A DNA stretch of 64,000 nt from a virus (IMGVR_UViG_3300031251_000010:11810-75809), one strand, 5' to 3'; shown: positions 45,216-54,008, counted from the first letter of the stretch. A program made the numbers and translations. The notes: generated by a model not told the origin, from the sequence alone.

Positions 45216-45574
45216 TGAACCTCCGGGTACAGCAGGGTCAGGTTCTCGAACGGGTTTGTGGCGTTGCCGCGTGCGAACCGGCGGCGGCGCTTCTGGGCGT
45301 AGTTCAGCCGGTTCTCGAGGGCGACGGCTGCCGTATTACCGCTCCTGGCGCGGCGCGCGTGCCGGTTCTTCTTGCGGCGCCGCTCCACTTCCTCGACGGG
45401 GACCGAACCCGCGTACACGTTTGAGCCTTGGAGGGCGAGGAGAACGGCCTTCTCGAACTTGCCGGGCTCCAACGGCTTTGGTGTGGGCTCCAGCTGGTAG
45501 ACGCCGGTTTCCGGCTTCTTGCCAGCCTCGGTGCGAGCGTTCTGGTCGCGGAGCAGCTTGTACATATCAGGCAT
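45212..45574 (-). CDS. Basic hypothetical protein
   Basis: VYAGSVP..EVERRRKKNR..RRAR. Confidence 0.6.
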   Translation of the reverse strand: MPDMYKLLRDQNARTEAGKKPETGVYQLEPTPKPLEPGKFEKAVLLALQGSNVYAGSVPVEEVERRRKKNRHARRARSGNTAAVALENRLNYAQKRRRRFARGNATNPFENLTLLYPEVQ

Positions 45575-46145
45575 TTGGTTGTGCCTCTCTCAGATTGGTG
45601 GCGAGCTTGAGGGCGCGGCGGAAGCATTCAGCGGTTGCGCGTGCGTCACCGAGCGCTGTGTGTTCGGCGCTGTTGGTGACGCCGAGGAGTTCGCAGCAAG
45701 CGGCGAGTCCGGGTATCTTGGCCGGGTCTAGCGCGAATACGCCTGCGGTGTAAGCGGATAAGTCAGAGACCCGATACCGCCACGGCTCCCTACGCGAAGT
45801 GGCGGTATCGGCGCCCCTGACGTTTTCGTATCCGGCGATGAGCATGTCAGCGTCGAATCGCGCATTCGCACCGCCGAGAGTGTTTCCTTCCAGTACCCCA
45901 AAGAGGTCGTGGTAGCAGTTCAGGGTCGGGGTTTTGGCGAGCTTGTCCCGGTAGAGGGCTCGCTCGTAGTACCGGTGGATCCGCAACGCTTCTGGGTCTG
46001 CGTTGCCTAGAGCCTCCGACGTAACAAATGGGACGAAGTAGATCTCGCGGCCCGTCTTGAGGTTGACTGCCGCCACTTCCACCGGAACGTGCCGGGTTCG
46101 GTCCAGGCCGGTGGTTTCTACATCCACTACCCACAGTTCAGTCAT
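45567..46145 (-). CDS. DnaQ-like (DEDDh) 3'-5' exonuclease
   Basis: VVDVETTGLD, GANARFD, HTALGDA. Confidence 0.9.
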   Translation of the reverse strand: MTELWVVDVETTGLDRTRHVPVEVAAVNLKTGREIYFVPFVTSEALGNADPEALRIHRYYERALYRDKLAKTPTLNCYHDLFGVLEGNTLGGANARFDADMLIAGYENVRGADTATSRREPWRYRVSDLSAYTAGVFALDPAKIPGLAACCELLGVTNSAEHTALGDARATAECFRRALKLATNLREAQPNA

Positions 46146-46441
46146 GCGGTCCTCCAGCGGGCGGATTTCACGTACAGGTCGAAAAGCGGCTGTTGCCAGG
46201 GGCAGTAGGCAGAGATGGACAGCTGCACGACTCGTCCCGCATCGTGGTAGGTGAATCCGCGCTGGTGGAGGGCATCGCCGATTCGGTTGATGCCCTTGAA
46301 GGTTGGATCACCCTTGATTGCAATGCAGAGGGCTCCGCCCACGTTGTTCGCAGCGTCGTTCACTGGGTCGGCGGTCGCAGGGGAAGCCGATGCCACGGCT
46401 ACTACGAAAGCAACGGCAGTGGAGGCTAGTAGGCGGATCAT
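46142..46441 (-). CDS. Secreted DUF732-like protein
   Basis: Signal peptide ...ASPATA-DP; GALC...SAYCP. Confidence 0.65.
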   Translation of the reverse strand: MIRLLASTAVAFVVAVASASPATADPVNDAANNVGGALCIAIKGDPTFKGINRIGDALHQRGFTYHDAGRVVQLSISAYCPWQQPLFDLYVKSARWRTA

Positions 46442-46603
46442 GCTGCGGTGCTCCAGATCTCGGCGGGTGTGCCGAGCTTGGCGGACAATTCGTCCCAGAT
46501 CGGGTTGAGGCTTGGCGGTGCCTGTTCGGGTGCCGGTTGGACCCCGAACAGGACACGCCGCAACCATTGGCTTTTCATTGCCTTCTCCTTGTGCTGGTTT
46601 GTG

Positions 46604-46960
46604 TTACGCGAGTGCGAGCTGCTGGGAACCGCCCAGCCGGTAGTGCATTTCGCCGATACCGGCAACGGTGAGGTGGATGATGTGCGGGCGTTCCTTGGTG
46701 ACCCCGGTCGGTGTTTCGTATTCGCCGCCGGGACGGAGTGCGAGGTAGCCGAGGGTCACGCTCTCTGGGTAGGCGTGCCAGCGTTGGTCACGACCACGGG
46801 TTATCCAGTCCTCGTTGGCCATTGCCTCGAACAGCTGGTCCCGCCCGATGTTGATCGCAGGGTCCACGGACAGGAGACGTGCAGCCTCGGTCACCGTGTG
46901 ATCCCCGCTGAGTTCCGCGAGATGCGCTGGCAGCTCAGGGCGTTGAAGGATGCGCGCCAT
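46604..46960 (-). CDS. Antirepressor KilAC-domain protein
   Basis: TVTEAARLL...IGRDQLFEAM...WITR...LTVAGI. Confidence 0.7.
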   Translation of the reverse strand: MARILQRPELPAHLAELSGDHTVTEAARLLSVDPAINIGRDQLFEAMANEDWITRGRDQRWHAYPESVTLGYLALRPGGEYETPTGVTKERPHIIHLTVAGIGEMHYRLGGSQQLALA

Positions 46961-47084
46961 GGTGATCACCGGCTGGCGAGGACGTTCGTTGTCAGGACGG
47001 CGCCGAGGAATGCCCCGAACGTGAGCACCCAGAAGACGGGCACCACAGTCTCGCGGAGCCAGGGCACGACGATCTCGCGGAACA

Positions 47085-47945
47085 TCAGGCGAGTGCTTCC
47101 TGCGTGGCGCGGGAAACCGTGGGGAAGTTGGTTCCGTTCCAGCCGCCCTTGGGCTGCTGGAGCTTCGCGATGTTGTGCCCGGCGAGCCAGTGGTTGAACG
47201 CCACGATGAAGTAGCCAATCGCCTCGCGGTCAGACATCTTGAAGCCCTCGCCGCGCACCCGGTCTAAACGGTTACGCAGGGCCAAGATCGGAGAGCCAAT
47301 CTCCAGCCCGGCGCCGTCGAGCACACGCTGGAAGAACAGGCTGGTTGTCTCAACGCCGTGCCAGTACGCGATACCCGCGAACACGGCACGCACCAGGCCG
47401 GGCCGCGCCTTCACCCGATTGAACGCGCCGCCCCGGCGGATCAGCTCGAACACCTCGGGGTGCTCCGTGGCCCACTGCACTACGTCCGAGGTCGTGATGG
47501 CGCCGGAGGCCTTGTCGGTGTAAAGCCATCCGCGCTGCCACACCATGAACGTCTTGATCGCCGATGCGTCTGAGTTCGTGGAGTTGATACCGGCGAGGTT
47601 CAGCTGGTCCGACGCGCTCCGCCTGAGGCCCTGGTCCATGGTGCTTTGCGATTCCGCCGGCAGGCCCCGAACCACAAGCATCTCCACGGGCACGCCGCAT
47701 AGGGAGACCGCGTGGAGGCGGTGCTGCCCGTCGAGGAGTGAACCGTCAAGGGAGAACTTGATTGCCTCGCCGTTGAACTGCCAGCGACCCGCCTCCATGT
47801 CGGCGGCGAGCTGCATGATCTTCTTCTCGCTGAGGGGCCGGTTGTGGACGTTGAACTTGAGGTATTCGTCGGCGAGCTTGCCGTCGATCCGCTCGACATC
47901 GGATGTGACCATTTGGTTCCTCCGAAGTGGGATAGCATTCGACAC
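47085..47945 (-). CDS. ParB-like DGQHR-domain protein
   Basis: HNRPLS...DMEAGRWQFNGEAI...LLDGQHRLHAV...MDQG..RS. Confidence 0.75.
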   Translation of the reverse strand: MSNAIPLRRNQMVTSDVERIDGKLADEYLKFNVHNRPLSEKKIMQLAADMEAGRWQFNGEAIKFSLDGSLLDGQHRLHAVSLCGVPVEMLVVRGLPAESQSTMDQGLRRSASDQLNLAGINSTNSDASAIKTFMVWQRGWLYTDKASGAITTSDVVQWATEHPEVFELIRRGGAFNRVKARPGLVRAVFAGIAYWHGVETTSLFFQRVLDGAGLEIGSPILALRNRLDRVRGEGFKMSDREAIGYFIVAFNHWLAGHNIAKLQQPKGGWNGTNFPTVSRATQEALA

Positions 47946-47966
47946 TGAGGTGCTCCTTCTGCTGGT

Positions 47967-48848
47967 TTACGAGGGCAACTTCTCGATGACGCGTTGCAGC
48001 GCGTCTCGCGCGCGGATCAGATCGCTTGCGTAGATGGCGATTTGGTCCGCGTTCTTGTCGAAGCGGTCATCGGCCGCTATCGCCTCTACCCGCTTCACCG
48101 CCTTCGTCATGGCCGTGGTGGCATCGGCGAAGGAGTCTGTGATCGGCTTCCGGCGCGGGGTGGGCTCGGGAACCGGTGCGGGGGCGGCGGGTTCAGGAAG
48201 GGCGCAGCCTTCGTGCTCATCGCGCCAGTCCTGGTAGGCCAATCGGTCTTCGTACGTCGCACCCGCGTAAAGCGTCATGGTGGAGCCGCACGGGCATTTC
48301 GCAAAGCTCTCCACGGTCTCGGTGGTGGCGGCAGCGGGGGGAGCGCTCACCCCCGAGACCGTGGGAGCGCCCGTTGCCACCTGCGCGGGAGAAGGCGCAG
48401 CGTCGGCGGCCACCGGGGGCTCATGTGGGAGGTCTGGGACAACGGTCAGCGGTGGTCGTACCGGCTGCGTCGGCTGGTAGATCTTGCCGTTGGTGCCGGT
48501 GATCGGCCCTACTGATTCATTTGACTCAGTAGGCGGTGCGGGGAGTTCGCGTTGCACTGTGCTCTGGCTGACCCCGGTTGCCGCCGCGATAGCGCGTGTG
48601 GAGAGCCCAGAATCGCGGAGAGACACCACTACCTGAGTGCGTGTCTCGCGCGGCAGCTTGAACCAGGTGGAGGCGAACTCGCGCTCGCAGTAGACATCCC
48701 AACTTGGGTATCCGAGGACAGCCCAGGCCCGCTGGGTGTACGCCTTCGAGATCAGATCCCAGACCCGATCGACGGAGGTGCGGATGCTCTCGGTGAGGGC
48801 GCGGGCGTCACTCGGGGACATCGCGGTCACGGAGACGGCGGACATCAT
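47967..48848 (-). CDS. HTH-containing early protein
   Basis: AWAVLGYPSWD.YC..EF; GLSTRAIAAATGVSQSTVQREL; GTNGKIY. Confidence 0.7.
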   Translation of the reverse strand: MMSAVSVTAMSPSDARALTESIRTSVDRVWDLISKAYTQRAWAVLGYPSWDVYCEREFASTWFKLPRETRTQVVVSLRDSGLSTRAIAAATGVSQSTVQRELPAPPTESNESVGPITGTNGKIYQPTQPVRPPLTVVPDLPHEPPVAADAAPSPAQVATGAPTVSGVSAPPAAATTETVESFAKCPCGSTMTLYAGATYEDRLAYQDWRDEHEGCALPEPAAPAPVPEPTPRRKPITDSFADATTAMTKAVKRVEAIAADDRFDKNADQIAIYASDLIRARDALQRVIEKLPS

Positions 48849-49099
48849 GCGGCCTTGGAGGCGGAGTCGGGGAGGAGAGAGGTGAGGGAGATACCCAGAA
48901 AGCGGGCGATGCCGTCGAGGTCGGCGAGAGTGAAGCTCAATTCCCCTTTGAGGCGGCGGCTCACGTACTGCCGGGTGCGCTTGAGGGGAACGGATGCGTC
49001 GGTGGCGGTGAGGCTGCGTCGGGCGAGCTCAGCTCGGATAGTGGAGCCAATCATCTCGTCCAACGTCGGATCGTTACTCACAGCGTAACGATAACTCAC
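48845..49099 (-). CDS. Cro-like XRE HTH protein (true start may be GTG 49081 or ATG 49054)
   Basis: RQYVSRRLKGELSFTLADLDGIARFLG; divergent from the repressor; ends SKAA. Confidence 0.8.
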   Translation of the reverse strand: MSYRYAVSNDPTLDEMIGSTIRAELARRSLTATDASVPLKRTRQYVSRRLKGELSFTLADLDGIARFLGISLTSLLPDSASKAA

Positions 49100-49161
49100 G
49101 GCAGGTAACGACGCTACCGTTTGGAGATACGGCGCGCCGGTTTAAGTGAGGTGTGCGTTAC
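49072..49161. promoter_or_regulatory. Candidate repressor/Cro operators (CGTTAC/GTAACG motif)
   Basis: CGTTAC-N7-GTAACG at 49072-49090; further half-sites at 49105 and 49156. Confidence 0.4.
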
Positions 49162-49215
49162 TTTTCCGGCCGTTTAGTTAGCTTTAACTTTCACCACGAC
49201 CGCTAGACGGTTATC

Positions 49216-49635
49216 ATGAGCGCTATGAGTACGTTGTATTCGGTCCCAAACGAGACTTTGTCCCAGACGGTGGCCCGCCGAATCCGGGGGCTGCTCGGGG
49301 AGAAGCGCATCTCTCAAGCGGCCTTCGCCAGGCTGCTTGGAACCAACGTCGCCAGCATGTCTCGGCGACTTTCAGGCGATCACCCTATTGATCTCGCCGA
49401 GGTTGAAAAGTACGCAGCCGCCCTAGGGGTTTCCCCAGAGCGGCTGTTGACTGGTCGGCCTGATGGGAATGACCCCGGTGGCCCAGGTGTGCGCCCGAAG
49501 GGATTCGAACCCCTAACCTTCTGGTTAGGGGTTCCCAAGTCGCCTGCCTCTTCCGAGGGAGCGATCACGGATCTCGGCGAGTATCGCAGGGCGCGTCGCA
49601 ACACACCAACGCCGCAAGAACCCGCAGTAGCGTGA
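49216..49635 (+). CDS. Immunity repressor (XRE HTH), viral form containing attP and a C-terminal degron
   Basis: ISQAAFARLLGTNVASMSRRLSG; VRPKGFEPLTFW is encoded by the att core; ends PAVA. Confidence 0.88.
   Translation: MSAMSTLYSVPNETLSQTVARRIRGLLGEKRISQAAFARLLGTNVASMSRRLSGDHPIDLAEVEKYAAALGVSPERLLTGRPDGNDPGGPGVRPKGFEPLTFWLGVPKSPASSEGAITDLGEYRRARRNTPTPQEPAVA
49489..49523. other. attP common core (3' half of a tRNA-Arg-type gene, antisense)
   Basis: Reverse complement CAGAAGGTTAGGGGTTCGAATCCCTTCGGGCGCAC is a T-arm plus acceptor 3' strand; no tRNA 5' half; inverted repeat at 49507-49534. Confidence 0.88.
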
Positions 49636-49637
49636 GC

Positions 49638-50327
49638 CTACGACGCATCAGCCGTGTCCGACTGGACGCGCCGCCGGGCGCCGACCACACCGGCCAACGA
49701 CAGCGCCGTGAAGCTGACGAGCTGGATCGTCCACACGATCGGGTAGGTGGCCTCCAGCGTCCACCGGAGCGTGTACATATCGACCCGATCCAGGACCATG
49801 AGCAGCGGGTAGAGCGCGCCAACGACGCCGTAAATTCCGAACAGCCAGAACAGAACCCGGTTCTCCTGCCCTTTCTTCGCGCCGACGACGGCGGCGATAT
49901 GTGTAGGCAGCAGCCCGACCGCGAGCAGCCACGAGAACACATAGCTAGGCGGCCCAGGGATGGTCTCCATCACGAGGCTGGGTGTGGTCGAGAGATTGGT
50001 GATCAGATACACGGCGCACATACCGATGATCGATGCCCACGTAATCACCAGTGCCCAAAGGGTGTTCAGGTCTGCGATGCGGCAGGTCGTGCGCGCGAAG
50101 ATGTACGAGGACGCCACCATGAGCACGTAGGTGATCACCTGGGAGAGGTTGGCCCAACCGGTCAGGTCCATGAGTGGCGGGTCGAGGGTGGTGACGAGAG
50201 CGCTCACGAGCTGCGAAACGCTTGTCACCCAGAGCCCGATGGTGAGCGGCCACGGTGCCCGTTTGACCGTCCGATAGAGGGCCGCGAGGGCAAGCACCAC
50301 TGCGCACGCCGTGCCGAGCGGGTCCAT
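49638..50327 (-). CDS. Polytopic membrane protein (about 6-7 TM)
   Basis: Continuous hydrophobic helices; coupled to an XRE gene. Confidence 0.8.
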   Translation of the reverse strand: MDPLGTACAVVLALAALYRTVKRAPWPLTIGLWVTSVSQLVSALVTTLDPPLMDLTGWANLSQVITYVLMVASSYIFARTTCRIADLNTLWALVITWASIIGMCAVYLITNLSTTPSLVMETIPGPPSYVFSWLLAVGLLPTHIAAVVGAKKGQENRVLFWLFGIYGVVGALYPLLMVLDRVDMYTLRWTLEATYPIVWTIQLVSFTALSLAGVVGARRRVQSDTADAS

Positions 50328-50623
50328 CAGAAACCTCTCTCGAAGATCTCGGCGGCAGATGGCCGCCTCTTGGGCCGGTCGGGAGTATCGCGAATAGCTT
50401 CCGCAATCACCTCAAGCAGGTCGGTGTCCAGGGCATTCGCGATCATGTCTGCGTCATCGAGGCCAATCGGCTGTGCGCCGGTGCGGCGCGTCCCCAGTAG
50501 TCGCGACACCTTGTCGTCGGTGTAGCCGGTGCGTTTAGCGATGGTGTGCTGGTCGATTTGCTTTTTGGCAGCGATGGCTCGAAGGACAGCACTCACCGCA
50601 CGGGACAGGGGATGTAGTCGCAC
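50327..50623 (-). CDS. XRE-family HTH regulator
   Basis: IDQHTIAKRTGYTDDKVSRLL...DADMIANALD. Confidence 0.75.
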   Translation of the reverse strand: MRLHPLSRAVSAVLRAIAAKKQIDQHTIAKRTGYTDDKVSRLLGTRRTGAQPIGLDDADMIANALDTDLLEVIAEAIRDTPDRPKRRPSAAEIFERGF

Positions 50624-50815
50624 AAGTAACAGAATAGACGCGAATTTCCAGATTTTCTGGCGGTTTCTAATAACGGCAGCTATCGTCCGTTTTCTAGTTA
50701 CGTCGGGGAGGCGGCACTACAAAGCAAGGGGCGGAGCACGCATGGTGGAAACACTTGTCTCAGAGGGGTATTCGCAGCACTATATTGACCTCCACATCAA
50801 GACCGAGGGGCCTCA

Positions 50816-51796
50816 GTGATAACTGGGCGAAGTACCTCAGGACCGGCGCCGCTACCAATACCGGCCGAATGGCAGCCGCTCATCGAGCGTTACCGGCTGT
50901 TCCTCCAGGCAGCCGGGCGACCGAAGACAACAATCGGGACCCGGATGGCCCATATGAGCCGGATAGCCAGATGCTTAGGAGCCTCACCCGAGGAGGTGAC
51001 ACACGATTTACTCGAGGTGTGGTTCGCCCACCAGAGGCAGTGGGGGCAAGAAACTCGGCGCGGCTACCGCGCATCGACTACTGGCTTCTTCGGTTGGGCC
51101 CATGCGGCAGGCCACATCCCGATCGACCCTTCCACGAAACTGCCATCGGTGAAGGCGGGGCTACCTACACCGAAGCCCGCCCCCGACCGCATCTGGAAGG
51201 AAGCTCTCGTCGCGGCCGACGCACGGACCACGGTGATGCTGTACCTGGCTTGCGAGGCAGGGCTCCGACGAGGCGAAGTCGCCCAAGTCCACACCGATGA
51301 CCTCCGCGAGGGATTCTCTGGGTATCAGCTGCTCGTGCACGGCAAGGGCGCCAAGGATCGCCTCATCCCGATCTCGGACGAGATCGCGGCGATGATCCTC
51401 GCCGGGCCGGGCGGGCACACCCCCGGCCGCGGAGACCGCGGATTCCTGTTCCCCGGCGCGGACGACGGCCACCTCTCTGCACGTTGGGTGGGGAAGCTTT
51501 GCGCGGTAGCGATGCCGGGGGTTTGGACGATGCACAAGCTGCGGCACCGTTTCGCCACCCAGGCCTACCAGCGGACCCGGAACCTCCGCGCGCTCCAGCA
51601 GCTCCTCGGTCACGCGAGTGTCGCCACGACGCAGCTCTATACGGCGGTCGATGACGACGAGATGCGGGAGACGATGCTGGCCGCCGCTAATAGCGGCCCG
51701 CGCCCTTGGACGCGGTGGGCCAGTTCAGCGGCGGCAGTTGTGGTTGCGGCCAGTGCCGCGACACTAGCCAGCCACGCGGTGTCGCTAGTACCTTAA
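50816..51796 (+). CDS. int: Tyrosine integrase lacking an N-terminal arm-binding domain
   Basis: AGLRRGEV (R), HGKGAKDR (K), HKLRHRFAT (HxxR), LLGHASVATTQLYT (H,Y). Confidence 0.93.
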   Translation: MITGRSTSGPAPLPIPAEWQPLIERYRLFLQAAGRPKTTIGTRMAHMSRIARCLGASPEEVTHDLLEVWFAHQRQWGQETRRGYRASTTGFFGWAHAAGHIPIDPSTKLPSVKAGLPTPKPAPDRIWKEALVAADARTTVMLYLACEAGLRRGEVAQVHTDDLREGFSGYQLLVHGKGAKDRLIPISDEIAAMILAGPGGHTPGRGDRGFLFPGADDGHLSARWVGKLCAVAMPGVWTMHKLRHRFATQAYQRTRNLRALQQLLGHASVATTQLYTAVDDDEMRETMLAAANSGPRPWTRWASSAAAVVVAASAATLASHAVSLVP

Positions 51797-51801
51797 CCGC
51801 T

Positions 51802-52224
51802 ATGGACCTGCGCAAACTCGGCTTGTACGGGCTCTCGGCAGTCGCGCTGGCCGCGTGTAGCCAACAGCCCGCTCCTCCTGCCGGCGGCAGCACGGTTGTC
51901 ACGTCGGTGATTGTCTCGGTACCGGCGCGGGAAACCGTCACCGTGACGGCGCAACCCACCTCCGCGACCCCGGAGGAGGGAAACCCCAGCGATCAGGCGT
52001 TCATGGCGGTGCTCGTCCAGCACGACATCAATGTGGGCAGCCGGGAGCAGTCGATTGCGCTGGGGCACAGGGTCTGTGAGTGGTTCGAGGAGCGACCGGG
52101 CAACGACTTGGCCGCCGCCGTGAAGGGGATCGTCCAGAACTATCCGAAGATCTCTCAGGAGCATGCGGCGCTACTCGCTGGCGCGGCGGGCCGCGCGTAC
52201 TGCCCGGACACCCCGATCAGTTAG
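51802..52224 (+). CDS. DUF732 lipoprotein
   Basis: Lipobox LAAC; DQAFMAVL...ALGHRVC...AAGRAYCP. Confidence 0.8.
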   Translation: MDLRKLGLYGLSAVALAACSQQPAPPAGGSTVVTSVIVSVPARETVTVTAQPTSATPEEGNPSDQAFMAVLVQHDINVGSREQSIALGHRVCEWFEERPGNDLAAAVKGIVQNYPKISQEHAALLAGAAGRAYCPDTPIS

Positions 52225-52237
52225 CCCTGTACAACAG

Positions 52238-52268
52238 AGAGGGCCAGCCCGCGGTGGGCTGGCCCTCT
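52238..52268. terminator. Bidirectional terminator hairpin between convergent genes
   Basis: AGAGGGCCAGCCC-GCGGT-GGGCTGGCCCTCT, 13-bp stem. Confidence 0.75.
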
Positions 52269-52287
52269 TGGGGGTTTCGGGAGGTAA

Positions 52288-53475
52288 CTACCGGCGGGCA
52301 GCGGCGAGCATCGCGTCCACTCCGGTGGCGGCGAAATCGTTGGAGCGGTCTACGTCCTCGATCTCTTGCGCGTACGAGGTGACCGCGTGCATCACTCCGC
52401 CAGCGGTGAGCTGGCCGCCCTTGATGAAGTGGTCCAGGATGCCCTTCATTTCGTCCTGTGAGTAGGCGAGCTTCTTGGCGACGGCCTCGATGGCGCCTTG
52501 GGCATCGTCCAACGGGACTGCGCTGGTCTGCTCCAGCTTGGCGACGGTGCGAGCAACGTAATCAACGTTCATAAACGCGGCGACCGCGTCCTTGACCTGC
52601 TGCTTGACCAGCTCGTTGGATGCGTCGATGGTGTCGGCGGACCATTCGATCTGGCCTTCATCGAGCTTGCGGCCGAGATGAACCTTCCGCATGGCGTCAG
52701 CGTTGATGGTCATGCCGTTGTCGCACACCAGGACCCGAAGCTCGGGAGTGATAGTGAGCGCGCCCCCACCGGTCTCACTGTTGGTGACGAGGAGACCCGC
52801 GTACACGAGCTTGGGATTCTCGGCAGCCTCGCCGCCGTGGCCGGTGCCTTGGAACGGTGAGCGGTAGTTCTCCAGCAGCTTCTCTGCTTGGACGCCGAAT
52901 TCGCGGGCGGTGACACGCAAGTACAGGCGGTCGTCGGTGAGGTCGCAGCTGCGAATATGTGCCTCGTTGAGACCGGCGGCCCGCATTCCTTCCAGGAGTG
53001 CCAGCACGGTATCGAGGTTGTCGCGGATGCCGTACTTGTCCGAGAGCACCGCACGAACAATTCCGTTGGTGTCGGGGTACAGCGGGTCCACGCCGTACAG
53101 GGTTCGGATGAGGACCTTCTTGTTGGGGTCAGCCATGATGGCCAGCTCGTTGAAGTTGGTATCCAGCAGTTCGACGTGCTGCCCACGTAGCTTTCGCACG
53201 TACTTGGTGGGGATTTCGAGGACGTTGCCGAGCTGCGCGTCAGCGAGGCCGGTCATACGGAAGGCGCCGTTTACCTCAGTGACGCCGTTTTCATCGATGT
53301 GGGGCTCAAACCCGTCAAGGATCAGTTCGCCGTGCTCGAAGTGGATACGGGACATCGGGACAACGAGATCTGCCTTGTGGGCGTGTTGGTGTTGGAGGAG
53401 TTCCACCAGGGAGGCGAGGTCGCCGCGACGGAGGGTGCGTTGCGGGAGTGCCGGGAGGGTAGTGGGAGCGGTCAT
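52288..53475 (-). CDS. DUF932-family protein
   Basis: AQLGNVLEIP.KY, VRAVLSDKY..DN, LLVTNSETG.GAL...RVLVCDNGM. Confidence 0.8.
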   Translation of the reverse strand: MTAPTTLPALPQRTLRRGDLASLVELLQHQHAHKADLVVPMSRIHFEHGELILDGFEPHIDENGVTEVNGAFRMTGLADAQLGNVLEIPTKYVRKLRGQHVELLDTNFNELAIMADPNKKVLIRTLYGVDPLYPDTNGIVRAVLSDKYGIRDNLDTVLALLEGMRAAGLNEAHIRSCDLTDDRLYLRVTAREFGVQAEKLLENYRSPFQGTGHGGEAAENPKLVYAGLLVTNSETGGGALTITPELRVLVCDNGMTINADAMRKVHLGRKLDEGQIEWSADTIDASNELVKQQVKDAVAAFMNVDYVARTVAKLEQTSAVPLDDAQGAIEAVAKKLAYSQDEMKGILDHFIKGGQLTAGGVMHAVTSYAQEIEDVDRSNDFAATGVDAMLAAARR

Positions 53476-53535
53476 CGGATCATTCCTTTCGTGGATTCAG
53501 CGAGGCAGCGAATCGTTCGCTAGACTGACCACAAA

Positions 53536-53557
53536 AGTATAGCGCGCTTTACCGACA
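53536..53557 (-). promoter_or_regulatory. PafBC (RecA-NDp) DNA-damage promoter with overlapping palindromic operator
   Basis: Exact TGTCGG-N10-TATACT; GTAAAGCG|CGCTATAC imperfect palindrome. Confidence 0.75.
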
Positions 53558-53707
53558 CAGCGCTCTTCCGCTGCATAAATATGCTATTTCCCCAGGTGAC
53601 TAGATTTGCATCATCGAATTTGCCTAAGGCAACACGGAGTCACTCGGTCATGGATGGCCGCCAGCGCGGGACCAGGAGGAGACGGAAGAGGGGTGGCCGG
53701 ACCGGAG

Positions 53708-53914
53708 TTACCGGGTACCGCGCCAGATCTGCCCAACACGCTGCTTGGTAAGGCCTGCGACCTCACCAATCTCAGGCTGGGTCAGACCGAGGTTTTGGCC
53801 GTCCTTGATCGCTTCAATAAGCTGCGAATCGGCGCTTTCACGGCGCGCACGACGGCGGGCGATGAGTTCCAGGTGTGCCACCTGCTCCTCGCTCAGCTTC
53901 CGCTCTCGCACCAT
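53708..53914 (-). CDS. Small HTH protein (leaderless)
   Basis: GLTQPEIGEVAGLTKQRVGQI; TATACT -10 lies 7 nt before the ATG. Confidence 0.75.
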   Translation of the reverse strand: MVRERKLSEEQVAHLELIARRRARRESADSQLIEAIKDGQNLGLTQPEIGEVAGLTKQRVGQIWRGTR

Positions 53915-53920
53915 GCGCCG

Positions 53921-53939
53921 AAGTATAGCCCGCTTTACC
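53921..53939 (-). promoter_or_regulatory. Second copy of the promoter/operator repeat
   Basis: AAGTATAGCCCGCTTTACC, 18/19 identical to 53535-53553. Confidence 0.7.
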
Positions 53940-54008
53940 TATCAGCAAACGACAGAATCCGCCCCCCGGCCCGGAGGCCAAGGGGGCGGACATCGAACGC
54001 TGGTCTGG

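Noticed and set aside
49489-49523. tRNA-Arg gene
   Set aside because: Only the 3' half is present. It is the attP core.
49632-50525. 297-aa plus-strand ORF after the repressor
   Set aside because: Arg/His-rich shadow of the minus-strand membrane and XRE genes.
50816-51796. Host XerC/XerD marking a prophage boundary
   Set aside because: Flanked by phage genes on both sides and linked to attP and the repressor.
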